This document shows, piece by piece, positions 1 through 11,957 of a DNA stretch of 64,000 nucleotides (the first letter of the stretch is position 1; each line of letters starts with the position of its first letter). The stretch is from assembly GCA_032718475.1 (NCBI GenBank), contig JAUCBJ010000657.1, positions 22,052 to 86,051 on the forward strand, in the 5' to 3' direction. A model generated the notes under the pieces. It saw only the letters and a list, made by a program, of their open reading frames with translations. It searched no databases and was not told the origin of the DNA. The translations under genes were made by a program, and so were the position numbers. This DNA is from Nemertoderma westbladi. Lineage: Eukaryota; Animalia; Xenacoelomorpha.

Positions 1-1
1 T

Positions 2-496
2 GAAATCGAGGCAATACTAAATACTAGACCAATAGTATTAGTACCCGATGACAAACAATCTCAGTTTGCTTTGACACCGGCACACCTGCTTATGCAGGCA
101 CCGACTACTTTGACACCTATTTCTATTCCAACAGAAAGCGACAGCTACGGTAGAAAAGCGTGGAAAATCACGCAACTACTGGCTAACAAATTCTGGGAAA
201 TATGGCAAAACCATTATTTGCCCTCTATTTCTGCCAGAACAACATGGTACAATAACACCCGCGCATTAAAGCCGGGAGATCACGTGCTGTTAGCGGAAGT
301 GAATCTAAAAAGACGCTTCTGGATAACAGGTGTAATTTTAGCCACACATCCATCTATGGATGGAGTGACAAGGACTGTGACGGTACGGACAATTGACGGT
401 CGTACAGTAGACAGACCGACACAACGTCTCGTACTTCTTGAAGAGACTCGTAACGAGTCAGGAGACTACAAATCTCCACCTAATATTAGTAAATAA
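2..496 (+). mobile_element. BEL/Pao LTR retrotransposon pol 3' end (integrase C-terminus, DUF5641-like), running in from the window edge
   Basis: Frame from nt 2 reads EIEAILNTRP...LTPAHLL...FWEIWQNHYLPSI...W...GDHVLL...W..G.I...HP..DG..RTVTVRT; paralogous to the C-terminus of ORF 5680..7275. Confidence 0.9.
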
Positions 497-919
497 TTAG
501 GAGTTTACAAATAGATTCCACGTACCTGTACACCGTAGTAAGGACAGCGGTAGAATTCCATTGTCTTTATATGTGAACATTGAGGGTAGTACCCTTATGT
601 GTCACATAGGAGCGGGATTTGTAGGTATAAGAAATGGAATTCTACTTGGAACTCACAATATTGAGACATTTTCGAAATTTTAGACAATCCATTTGGATTT
701 GAAAAATTTTTAAAATTTTCTCCAGTGAATAGATTCCAGGGTACAGTCGGGTGGAACTTAAAATTAGAGAAACAAGAGAGGAAGACTTGCGAGCCTTTCT
801 TAAAATTTTAATTAAATTTTACACGGTCTTGTTTCAATAAGTTACGTCAAAATAGACTCCCCTATATTTATTACTAATTCTTGACTGCTTATTTTCTGAT
901 AATAGTTTGGGATCAAAAG

Positions 920-1125
920 GTGAGTATTTTAGACTCACGGCCAGTTTAGCCCAAATTCGTTTTTTATTTCGGCAAAAAATTTTAGATAAGAAGCAGCGTG
1001 TCATTAAAGAAACCTTAGATCTTAGGCTATGGGTAGGAGGTTAGAGCGTTGTCGAAGCCCAAAAGGCAGACGAAACTCTCACGTCTGCTCACAACTAACC
1101 ACAAACTCTGTTGTATTCCCTCTAG
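920..1125 (+). promoter_or_regulatory. Candidate intron / splice acceptor in front of the extra ORF
   Basis: AAG|GTGAGT donor at 920, ACTAAC branch-like motif 1094-1099, pyrimidine-rich TTGTATTCCCTCTAG acceptor ending 1125. Confidence 0.4.
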
Positions 1126-1156
1126 TAGTAATGATTATGTAACTACACCTCTAATT

Positions 1157-1492
1157 ATGGAGAAAGGGATACAAAGAGAGCCGAGATGGGGATATGATAT
1201 CCAAGAGGAGGCGGCAGCTTCATTCGAACGATTTGGAGCAAAAGACTACACTATATTTGGTATAAAGGAATTATCAGAAAGTACAGCGAAGCTCGCAAAG
1301 ACAGCAATGCCTTTACTCGAGCAGGATTTAGTATATTTCGAGACGTGTATCTTCGCTGTGCGGGATCTCTTATCGAAAGACCATCTATGTTTACATTGTT
1401 ACCCTATGAAGGAGAACGTATCGTGGAGATTACGGATGAATCACGGCAGACGCGTGCGCCTATCGCTCACCTTGGTGATGAATTCGAAGTAA
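1157..1492 (+). CDS. Short ORF A (from ATG 1157) overlapping the zinc-knuckle ORF; possibly its N-terminus via a frameshift
   Basis: Open frame 1049..1492, first ATG at 1157; overlaps the -1 frame that is open from 1198. Confidence 0.4.
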   Translation: MEKGIQREPRWGYDIQEEAAASFERFGAKDYTIFGIKELSESTAKLAKTAMPLLEQDLVYFETCIFAVRDLLSKDHLCLHCYPMKENVSWRLRMNHGRRVRLSLTLVMNSK

Positions 1493-2859
1493 CTACTACG
1501 ATCGCCGACGATCCTTTAGAGGAACTTCTTGAGATAGAAAGGAACCTCCCGAAGAAATCTCAGACGGAGATTCGACAACTTGAAGCAACAGATGCTATAG
1601 TTTGTATACAACCTTCAGAAACCTACCAACCCATAGACCCAGATGATTACGATTATAGTATGGGAGGAAGCGCTCGACCGATTGGAGATCTTATATACGA
1701 ACGAGTGTGGTACCCTGCCAATACGATGTGTAGTAAATGTGGCGTCGCTGGACATCATATGACAAAGTGCAGTGGAAAGCACATTACTACGACTCAGCTA
1801 ATCTGTGGATGGTGTGGGGATCAAGGGTCTCATACCTTTTATACTTGCTGGAGATTTATGGCTCAATGTACTTACTGCAATATAAAGGGACATCGAGCAT
1901 CTGAATGCCAACTAAGAGACATACCTTATGAACACGAATCTGTAAAACTCGTGAGGAAGTTATTTGATGAGTGGGAAGATTTAGCCGACGAACATGTATC
2001 GGCACAGAGAAGACGGTTTCCGATGAGAGCGCATCTCGGATTTTGGGCGGTAAATCCCCAGACGATGATGTCGGAAGGATACATCTCCGCTATGCCTCAA
2101 TATGACGAACTTATCGAGGTTGTCGATATTTTGCCCCACGACAGCGGATTCCGAGTGGTGCGCGAGTATCTGTTACAAATTCACCCGGATAACAAAAACA
2201 CGTGGAATTTTCAGAAAGTCGTTAATCGGATTACGTATGGTGAATTCGATCGTTTCCGAACTGAAAAGCGGAACAAGGGAGCTTGGTTAACCGTCGCATG
2301 GGCGTACCGAGCCGCGTTTTACCACAAACGTATACGAGCGAGCGTATTCGAGGAAGAAGAGGTCCTAGAGGCGACGAATATACCAGCCACTCCGGTTGCG
2401 CCGTCTGCACGTCACCCTCGGGAGGACGGGCAGGGTAGGATCATACGGGTCCAGAAGGTGGGCCAACAATTGAAGAAAATTATTAATGTAGAAGAACGCA
2501 AGGGAGTTGAGCCGACCATTCGAGTTACTCGGGATACGGTATCACTTCCAAGAGAACCAGTAGGAGGATCGGGACATACACCAGCTGATCAACAGGGGGC
2601 GCAAGCTACTCTTGGATCTGCGTCGTCCACTTCTCGCGCGTTCCCAGACGTTCTACCAACTGTAGTGACGACTGATTGGTCACGAGGAATTGGTCGAGGT
2701 TTTGGGATGCCAAATAGACGAATTTGCGAGGAAATAGTCGCACCGTCTCTCAACGTCCCAAGTAAACCAGTGACTCGCCCCATTAGTCCCATATCGCGAG
2801 CAAAGTCACCTGTGCGCAGTTTTCGAGGACGCGGCAGGGCTCGATCCACTAAGCGATAA
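1345..2859 (+). CDS. Accessory ORF downstream of pol: triple CCHC zinc-knuckle protein with basic disordered tail
   Basis: 504-aa uninterrupted ORF (frame stop-free from 1198); CSKCGVAGHHMTKC, CGWCGDQGSHTFYTC, CTYCNIKGHRASEC; ends RSFRGRGRARSTKR. Confidence 0.8.
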   Translation: MYLRCAGSLIERPSMFTLLPYEGERIVEITDESRQTRAPIAHLGDEFEVTTTIADDPLEELLEIERNLPKKSQTEIRQLEATDAIVCIQPSETYQPIDPDDYDYSMGGSARPIGDLIYERVWYPANTMCSKCGVAGHHMTKCSGKHITTTQLICGWCGDQGSHTFYTCWRFMAQCTYCNIKGHRASECQLRDIPYEHESVKLVRKLFDEWEDLADEHVSAQRRRFPMRAHLGFWAVNPQTMMSEGYISAMPQYDELIEVVDILPHDSGFRVVREYLLQIHPDNKNTWNFQKVVNRITYGEFDRFRTEKRNKGAWLTVAWAYRAAFYHKRIRASVFEEEEVLEATNIPATPVAPSARHPREDGQGRIIRVQKVGQQLKKIINVEERKGVEPTIRVTRDTVSLPREPVGGSGHTPADQQGAQATLGSASSTSRAFPDVLPTVVTTDWSRGIGRGFGMPNRRICEEIVAPSLNVPSKPVTRPISPISRAKSPVRSFRGRGRARSTKR

Positions 2860-2889
2860 AAGGGAGGGCAAGGGTGGACGTAATACTCG

Positions 2890-3420
2890 TGAGCATTTCT
2901 TATGATTTGTGATTTATTTTGAATTATATGTTTTATATTTAAAAGTAAAACTTATATTTTATATTTGTGCTTATTCTGAACTTATGCAATTTAAAGTTTA
3001 TATTTAGAAGGAACTTATATTTGAAAGATTTATGTTTCATATTTGAGATGCAAAGGTTTATATTATTCTAAACTTATGCGGTTTATATTTATATTTAAGT
3101 AAAGACTTATTATATTTAGTAAGATTTATATTTGTAAGAATTTATATTTTATATTTGTGATTATTCCGAACTTATGCAATTTATATTGTTCCGAATATTA
3201 TGCAATTTACATTTATAGGCAGTATTTACAGTGAAACAGAAATTGTATTTGTAATTGTTTGAATTTATGCAATATTTGGGATGCAATAGTAGATGGAAGA
3301 CTCGCGAGCCTTTCTCATTGTTTTCATTTATTTGTATTTGTAATTGTTTGAATTTATGCAATATTGAGATGCAATAGATTTATATTGGTGAATTTAATTT
3401 AGATTTATATTGTACTTACT
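2890..3420 (+). repeat. T-rich degenerate repeat region
   Basis: Recurrent TTATGCAAT and TTTATATTT motifs; TTGTATTTGTAATTGTTTGAATTTATGCAATATT at ~3243 and ~3331. Confidence 0.6.
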
Positions 3421-3736
3421 TAGTAAAGTCTTAAATACGTAAAGTTAGAATTTGTAATTATTTTTGTATCGAATCATTACGTAGAAAGGAAGTATTGTTT
3501 GAAATTTAATTGTAAATATGTAAGTACGCCCTAAGTATTCTATAGTTTGATTGATTATTGGTGAAAACCGTATATTTTATGCACGATAATATCCTGTTTT
3601 CATGGAGCGGTATAGAATTATATTCCCTAAATGCCGTGGATTTTCAAAATTTTATTTTATTCGGATTAACTTTGTAAAGATTGCTTTGAGTTCTCATTCG
3701 TATTGGTTCTATCATTTGTGCATCTATCGGTCAAGT

Positions 3737-3823
3737 GGTTCAGTAGCTCAGTCGGTAGAGCGTTGGAAATTATATGTGTAGTAGGTATCGAGTTCGAATC
3801 CTAGTAAGTGCGAATTATTTTTT
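3737..3823 (+). ncRNA. tRNA-like Pol III unit (A box, B box, T-run); not a canonical cloverleaf
   Basis: TAGCTCAGTCGGTAGAGCG (intact D-arm GCTC/GAGC), GAGTTCGAATCC, TTTTTT at 3818-3823; acceptor and anticodon stems do not pair. Confidence 0.6.
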
Positions 3824-4272
3824 GTGCAGAATTTCAACTCATTTAAATTAACCGCTACAAATTAATTGCATTTGTCTGTACCAATGAGGCTGTAGTTATT
3901 TGATTGTAACCAATGTCGTGCAAGTTATATATTAGCTGGACCAATAGCTATCTTTAAAACCTTGTTAGAACCCATAGAACAATCGAGAATTTTCTCGATT
4001 GATTGCAGCACAAATTTGCTATATAAAGGTGCGATTTGTTCATTAGTTATCAATCTTACAACCTACTTCACAGATTATCTTATCAATATTCTGTCGTGCT
4101 TAGTTTATTCTCAGATTACATTGTATTATAATTGTATCTTCTGTAATAAAGTCAGAATATTCTCTCAGCTTATCTATCTGTTTTACTATGGATTCACTAC
4201 GGTGAACAAACTCAGGGACAGGATGGCCGGCTAGAGATCGGGCCGCAGCAATGAACGGGAACATCACGGGAA

Positions 4273-5624
4273 TGTAGACGAGAGACAACCCGCAATACCA
4301 TTTTAGAGTTATTCGCCCATCGCCTGAAAGGTTAGACAGCGTTCGATCCTTGCTACCTAAGTGTAAGACCAAAAGATCAAAAGGTAGACGTAGTGACACG
4401 CTGTAAGCCCAAAATTACATCATAGGGACTGTACTGTCTTGATTCAGGAAAAACCCACAGTAGACCTTCACATTCCTACGGGAGGGAGAGAGAGCAGATA
4501 CTAGTACGCAGATAGGACGTAGGCACACCGGTACAAGGCATACACATTGGTTAGGGTGCAGCAAACTGTACGCTTAACTCTTGCTAAGTACAGGTGTGTG
4601 TGCGACTATTTGCAGTACGACAGTGTCCATTACATCAGAACTTGTAGGCTAAGGGGTTGCTGTGTTTTCACCTGAATTGGGATTGTACCGTTCAGGCGGT
4701 AGGGCAGTTTACGCTAGGCGCAAATAAATTGAGGCTATCAGGGATATACTAACATCTACCGTGTCCCGCCAACGCCCTAATAGGAAGTTACCCGGACTAC
4801 CTGGGTGACTAAAATTCTAGATAGGAGCCAGGATAGCTATTAGTACCCGTACGCCTACAGTAGTAAACTAACACATCTCTTCTTAGTATCAGGGACCTGG
4901 TACCTAAAATTGCCGAATTCTGGGCGTAGTATTAACCTTATGCCTGAATTTGAGTCCTGGAAATACGCAAGAGGGGAAGGAACCTTATCATTCGTGAGTA
5001 TTGGATCTACAAGTTACAAAATTAGAATATTCGTAAATGCATACCGTACCCAGTAATTATATATGTGAAGGAGCAAAACTGTTTTGACCGTTCAGAATTA
5101 ACACACGCGCGTTAGAAATTATTTACACCTCAAAATATATAAAATTAACTTTTGTCCATACTGTGCTTTGCCCGCTAGTTAGACATCTCCAAATATCTGC
5201 CTGTGTACCTAGCTAGCGTCCCTTTTGCCCAACCATATAAATCACACCGCGGCAAAGTATACGAGCCCCTTAGTCCGTCAGTGAGTCAGCCTGATTTTAG
5301 GATTCGCTGCGCGGGATTTGTTTTATCGAAGTTTGTCTGCTCGTAGACTGTTTTCTGCCTCACCGGTTATAAGAGATCGATACTGCAATATATTCGCTTA
5401 CTTAGAGTTTACTGTTTTGGTGAGAAGGTCGGATTTATGATTTGATTTGCAAACTTTACAGTAGGATATTGCAGGTATTGTTACCGTCTTTTCGCATAGT
5501 AGGAATAGGCGTATCTCTTCAAATACTTACTGACTAACTTCTGCCTACTAACTGCGTACCTACTATGTACTATTATTTTATTTTATTTTTAATTTTTTTG
5601 TGTGGGAAGGGCGTCTCGCTCTCA
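4273..5624 (-). repeat. Candidate 3' LTR of the minus-strand BEL element (alternatively 4273-4859 is the 3' LTR of the plus-strand element)
   Basis: Minus strand begins TGAGAGCGAGAC right after a polypurine tract and ends CTCTCGTCTACA; alternative ends TGTAGACG...CGCCTACA (4859) with AATAAA near 4723; no second copy in window. Confidence 0.4.
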
Positions 5625-5625
5625 A

Positions 5626-5638
5626 TCCCACCCCCCTC
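5626..5638 (-). promoter_or_regulatory. Polypurine tract
   Basis: GAGGGGGGTGGGA about 40 nt after the pol stop, followed by T-TG. Confidence 0.65.
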
Positions 5639-8600
5639 AGTCCAAATCTTGGACGACTAAACTCTACTCTAACTCCAAGTTAAGGTGCTCCTTCTAACAG
5701 ACAGCATTTCCCAACAACTCTCCTGTAGGTTTTCCTGTCCTTCGCACCTATCTTACCAACTATCCGCACTTCTACCGATCGGACTCTTCCGTCCTCATCG
5801 GAGTAAGTGCCTACAACTCTCGCCAACCGCCATTGGTTGTTGATGATAGTATCATCCGTAACGATTACGAGATCTCCCTCTCTTAACTTCCTATTCGGTT
5901 TCCTCCACTTGCTTCTTTTATGGAGCGTGGGTAGGTATTCTTCGACCCGCCTCCTCCAATACTCTGCGCTTATTGCTTTAGCGACTTTCCAACTCTGGCG
6001 GGAGTGTATGTCGTCTGGATCTACACCCCGCATGTCGATGGTCGCTGGCCTTTCCATTAGAAAATGGCTAGGCGTCAGCACGTCTAGTGACTCAGGGTCA
6101 TCATTCTCCGGATATAGCGGTCTACTATTAATGATACCCTCACACTTTGCTAGTACTGTTCTCAAGACGTCCTCTGTGACCATGTGGGTGTTCATTAGCT
6201 TCGTCATTAGACGCTTTAAACTGCCCACCAGTCTCTCGACGCATCCTAGTGTATGTGGTGCATACGGCGTCCTTCTCTCCCACTTTACTTGTCGTCGTCT
6301 CATGGCCGCCCTGACTTCCTCCCCTTCTAAGATGTCCAAGGCCTCTGCCATCTCATTCTCTGCGCCCACAAAGTTTGTGCCGTTGTTGCTGTATATCACT
6401 GCGATCGTCCCACCTTTGCGGTCTCTAAATCTTTCTAAGGCATTAATGAATGCTGATGCAGTTGTATCTTGGGCGAGTTCTATCCCTACTGCCTGTGTGT
6501 TGACACATACGAAGATGATACCGTAGCGTTTCTCCGTGTGCCGCATCACCTTGATCTTTATCGGCCCGAACATGTCCACACCGCAATGCGTAAATGGCGG
6601 GTCGTGCTGTCTTACTCTGCTCGCTGGTAGTGGCGCCATCTCTTGTATGGCTCGCTCCTTCTTCGCTCGTCGGCAGGTCTGGCACTGCCCCACTACCGCT
6701 TTTACCTTCCTCCTCAACTGTTTGACCCAAAAGGTCCTCCTTATCTCCGTGAGAGTTCTGTTGGTGCCCCCGTGCAATATCGACTTGTGGGAGTCCCAGA
6801 TAATCTGGTGAACTATGGTACTATGGTATAGTCCTTGTTTTGGTTGCACGTCCCTAATCTCCCTCACCATCTGGGAGTATATCTCTTCTCCCTCTGAATC
6901 TCCTTCTTCTCCCTCTGACACTACTTCTGAGCCCGGGTCCACCTTTCTCATCGGCGGCCAGGCCTCCTTATCGCTCAGAAATTGTGGCCCATGTTGCCAC
7001 AATACTTCCTTCTTCAAGAAAGTGTGGCGTACCACGCCCCTCGACAACAAGTCCGCTGGGTTCTCGTCTGTTGGGCAGTAGTGCCACCTTTCCAGTTCTG
7101 TGGTCGCCCTTATTTCGTCCACTCTATTTGCGACGAATATCGGGTATCTCGTCCTTTCGTTATGTAGCCAACCAAGCACTACCATGGAGTCCGTCCAGTA
7201 GTGTGTCTCCACTATGTTGGGAATAGTATCCACTAGGTAGGCTGTGGCTCTAACTCCTAGTCTCGCAGCTGTCAATTCTAACTTGGGAACTGATGCTGAA
7301 TCTGGCGGCGTCGACTTTGCTTTGCTAAAGGCTAGTCTGGGCTTTTGAGCCCCCTCTCATTGTACTAAATAGAGTGCCGCTCCGTACGCCTCCAACGACG
7401 CATCGGAGAACATGTGTAGGTCCAGATTCGTCATGTTCCCATCCGGGAAATACACTCGTGGCATGTTGTATGTTCCCATCTTCTCCAAGTCTCCTGTCCA
7501 CTTACTCCACTGTTTCTTGATTTCCTCTGGTACCTCTACGTCCCACTCATCCTTCAATTTGTATACTCTCTTGAGTATCTGTTTCCCCGTGACTGATAAT
7601 GGGGATGCTAGGCCTAGGGGATCGTATATCCTTGCTATATACGATACATAGCCCCTCTTCGTGTGGATGTCTGCGCCCTCCTGGCTCAGCTGATACTTCA
7701 GTTCGTCTGTCTCTCTGTTCCACATGATTCCCAATGCCTTCTGTTGAGATTATGTTCTCTTGTTCGCCATGTCCTGCCCTTTGGCTGTTGTGGGATTATC
7801 CATGGTCGATTCTGGCCTCTTGTCCTCTATCGCCTTGATAAATTCTTCCGAACTGGATTGGAATTTGGTCAGGTTAAAGCCGGATCCTTTTAGGATGTCG
7901 CGAACCTCGCGCCCCGTGTCTAGTATCTCCTTAACCGTATTTCCAGACTCCATTCCGTCGTCTACGTAGAAGCAACGTCGAATCATATCGACGGCCCTAC
8001 TGCTGTATCTATCTTCCTTCCCCTTCACTGTGTCTCTCACTGCCATAGTCGTCGTAAATGAAGACGACTTGGCCCCCCTGTTTTGTACTACCATCTTATA
8101 TGCCGGTATTATCGACGGTTCTTCCTCGCCGTTATACCATAAGAAGTGTTGACTGTCGCTATCTTCCTCCGTTACACGGACTTGGTTGAACATGCCTTCT
8201 ATGTCACACGTGAAGGCGTGTTTCCCATTTCTAAATCTAAGTAGGACCTCTATGCCCGAGTTGTATATGTTTGGACCTTCTAACAGATAGTCGTTTAAGC
8301 ATTTTCCGTTGGTCTTTGCCGATGCGTCAACTACCATCCACAGTTTACCTTTCTTTGGGTCTAAAGCCACGTGGAGTGGCAGGTAATATGTCCTGTCCGT
8401 GTTCGGTTCGTCGACCGGTAACTCCACGGCCCATCCTTTCTCGACGTACTTCTTAATCGTTCTGTGGATGTACTCATTCTTCTCGGGGCTCTGTTTTAGT
8501 GTTTGTTTCAGCTTGCGGAGTCTCGTGAGTACCATCCCTCTATTATCGGGCAGCGGTATCTTCGGTAGTTTCCATACCATTCCTATAGTATACCGCCCCT

Positions 8601-11600
8601 CATCGCATGTCATCGATTCCTCCACGCTTTGTAAAGCCTGCTTGTCTTCTACCGAGGTCCCGACCCCGGTCTCTTTCAGTCCCTCGAAATCTTGTCTGAG
8701 CAGTCTTTTAAGCTGCTCCTCTGCTCCCTCATCACCCATTTCCTGCATTGTTCCCGCGAACATGCATCCTGATGTCTCCGACATCCTAAATGGTATCTTG
8801 CTCTTGATTGGGCCACTCAGCGTCCACCCGAATGGTGTTAATATCGCCACCGGGTCACACTGCTTGTCTTCGCCGAAGACCGTTTTCATTCTTTCGTGGG
8901 CCGTTGGGCAGTCCATTCCCACTATGATGGATACCTTCCTAACGTCCACATCTGGGATTGAGAAGTCAATGTCGTCCAGGAATTTATATTGCTCGACCTC
9001 GATGTTGGTTGGCCGCCTGGCATTGATATTAATTGACTCTATCACTTGGATGGGGTCGATGGTTGCCCCATAGTCGCATCCCGGTGCCACCGCTGCAATT
9101 GCGCACCGTCCGGTTCTCATCTCCAGGATCTCATCTTTGCTAGAGATGGTTGTTACCGCCATTCTGCTTGGCCTCGTTCTCAATCCTATCTCTTCGGCCA
9201 CCCATTCCTCGACTAATGTGAAGGCAGCTCCACTATCAACCAGCATTAGTGTTGTTACTGATCGATTGCCTTCCCCAATCACTCGCACGGGTACTACTCC
9301 AAGTAACACCGTTCCTCTCTTTTTCGCCCCTACTGTGCTCGTTGCCATCATTTGGCCTCTCCTTTGACCGAACTCTACCGGCTTCTCCTTGCATTCCCTT
9401 GCTCTATGTCCACTCATCACACATCGCGAGCAGATTTTATTGCTCAACGCATAATCTATCTGATCTTGCCTAGGTAGCGCCTGCCAGTACCTGCAGTTCA
9501 TGGTTTGATGAAGCGCATTTGCGTGTAGCTGGCATTTGCTCTTTGGGTCGTAGCCCTCCTTATACAGCGCGTTGCGTATCGCAGCTGCGTTTGTACCAAA
9601 GTCCCTACAATTCTTATTGTTTGCATTCGGCCTACTGGACGTACTGGGGTTATATTTATTCGTGTTGTTATTGTTCCCCTGTCCGTTCGATGGTGTGGTC
9701 TTGTCTTCGGCTAGCTGTGGACTCGTAGTCCCCTGCGTCGCTGCATATGGCAATGATTGCCTGAGCCTCGGTAATGCGTCTGATGTATTGTGCTCTGGTT
9801 TCGGTCTATGGTAATCCGTCTTCGGTCCCTTTCCCAGGCTATCTTCGCTATAGACTGGGTCAGTTATTAGTTCAGCCTCGTAGTTTAAGAAGCTTGACAT
9901 TTCTTCTAAACCCGGTTCCACACCCTTCTTGTCTCGAGTGGAGAAAGCGATCTTCCTCCACTTGTTGCACAGCCAGTTCGGTAGTGCCTGCGCTATCGTG
10001 GTGATGTTATTGGACGCGTTGAGCTCGTATGGCGCGTCTAGCGTCTTCAGCTCGATTAGCGCCTTTTCGACTTTGTTAGCGAACGTCTTAATGCTAACGG
10101 GATTATCCTGTAGGCCACCCGATGTTATGCCTCTCAGTGTCTGTCTGATGATCTTGGCCGGGTGCCCGTATTCCCTGTCCAGTGCCCGCCATGCTGTCGT
10201 GAAGCCGCCCTTTATTCCTTGATATTGCCTCACGATATCGTATGCTGGGCCTCCCGTGTATACTTGCAGATACTTTAGGCACTCCGCCTGCGTCAAGTTC
10301 TTTGTTAGTATTTCGTTACTATACATGCGCCGAAACTGTAGATATTCTTCCGGCCTACTCCCATCGAATTTGAATGGTTCCACGGGTGGTAACTCGATCC
10401 TCGTTTTTAATGCATCGATCAACGTGGCCATCCCCATCGCCTGCGCTTCCAATGGATTCGATGGATGCTGTATGGTTTCTCCTGTCTGGTGCGGTCCGTC
10501 CGTCCTATTTCTTGACTTTCTTTGACTTGGGTATGTCATCGGGGGTAGCGGCCCCCTCCATATTTCTGTGTCACACGACCTATTTTCATCCAAGGGTCTC
10601 GTTATTCTTGCTCCTATGTATGTTTGGTATTGGGGTTGATGTTAATATATTGGGGCCCATACACCTATCCGCAATAATTCCCCCCTCACCTGGGTATATG
10701 TTATGTCCCTGCATGCTGTAGTCATACTGCTGTACTGGTACCGGTATAGGCCTATCAGCTTCTGGCCTACTCGCCGGTATGTATTCCGCGACTTCCGGGT
10801 TTAATCCCGTTGTCCGCGCTATCCTATCGCCTACATTGCCTCTCTCAGTATGGCCTATGGTATGTGCAGTAAGGCCTACAGTATGTCCTGCAGTCTGCAT
10901 GTGTCGCTCGGGATCGAAGTTTATTCTTCTCGAATAATCCTCCCCGCGGCTACCGTACTCTCGATCGGTAGGTATATTCCGTCGGAAAGTTTCTCTTCGA
11001 CCCTCCCCTCTACTGTTCTCGTCTTCGTACCGGTACATCGCGTACCCCTCCATCGGCGCGTAGTGCGCCTCACCGGGTCGCATCTCTCCGGGGCGACGGC
11101 AATCTCCCGGAGTCCGACCCCACTGACTCTCCGTTCTCATCTCGACTACCGACAGCTCGCTATCCGTCCTCGCTCTTCTATCGTTCGCGGCGATACTTCT
11201 ATTACTGTCTTCTCTTCTTCTCCTTTCAGTGGAGTATTCCCGCTCGTGAGATCTCTCGTCGACCTCCCGGTTAAACCCCACTGTTCTTCTTCCCTCTTCT
11301 GATCGGGCTCGACGCTTCGTCCGCCCTCTTACGACGTCAACCTGTCTCTCTCTGCTCGGTCGCACGCCTCTGGGGATACTCGCAACCCCCCTATTACTCT
11401 CCGTCGCCGGGTGTTGCGGTTTACCTATTTTGGCCCGCGCATTATCCGCTGACGGCTGCGGAGCACTCTCTGCCTCCCCCCCCTTTCGCCGCTAACTCGC
11501 TGTTGTGGGGCTCTCGTAGCCCCCCCCCCCCCCCCCCCCACTCGCCACATCTAATTTCGCTATCCCTCACCCCGCTACTATATCCCTCTCTAGTCGACAC

Positions 11601-11653
11601 ATCAACCCTACCGCGGTCGGGTCTATCCACCCCCGCCTCTCCCTCTGCTATTG

Positions 11654-11870
11654 CGTGGCCTACCAGGCCCTCTACCCCCTGCCTACCAACTACGTGGCCT
11701 ACCAGGCCCTCTACCCCCTGCCTACCAACTACGTGGCCTACCAGGCCCTCGCTGGGTCTACCCAACCCAGCCACTCCCTGCCTATCAACTATGTGGCCTA
11801 CCAGGCCCTCACTGGGTCTACCCAACCCAGCCGCTCCCTGCCCACCAATTATACGGCCTGCCAGGCCTCC
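11654..11870. repeat. 36/60-bp coding tandem repeats in gag (VEGLVGHVVGRQG)
   Basis: GTGGCCTACCAGGCCCTC...CCCTGCCTACCAACTAC repeated about 4-5 times. Confidence 0.85.
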
Positions 11871-11957
11871 GTCTGCCTGGCCATACACGCCCGACGTGTT
11901 TACGTTAATAGCACCCATATTGGAAACGGAATTAATTTGTTCGTTTGAAACAAAATC

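Noticed and set aside
1040-1085. Hammerhead ribozyme (hairpin followed by CGAAAC)
   Set aside because: No CTGATGA core at the required position
1345-2859. env glycoprotein or ordinary BEL gag
   Set aside because: No signal or TM segment, no capsid-like motif and no downstream protease/RT
3737-3812. Functional tRNA gene
   Set aside because: Acceptor, anticodon and T stems do not pair; kept only as tRNA-like
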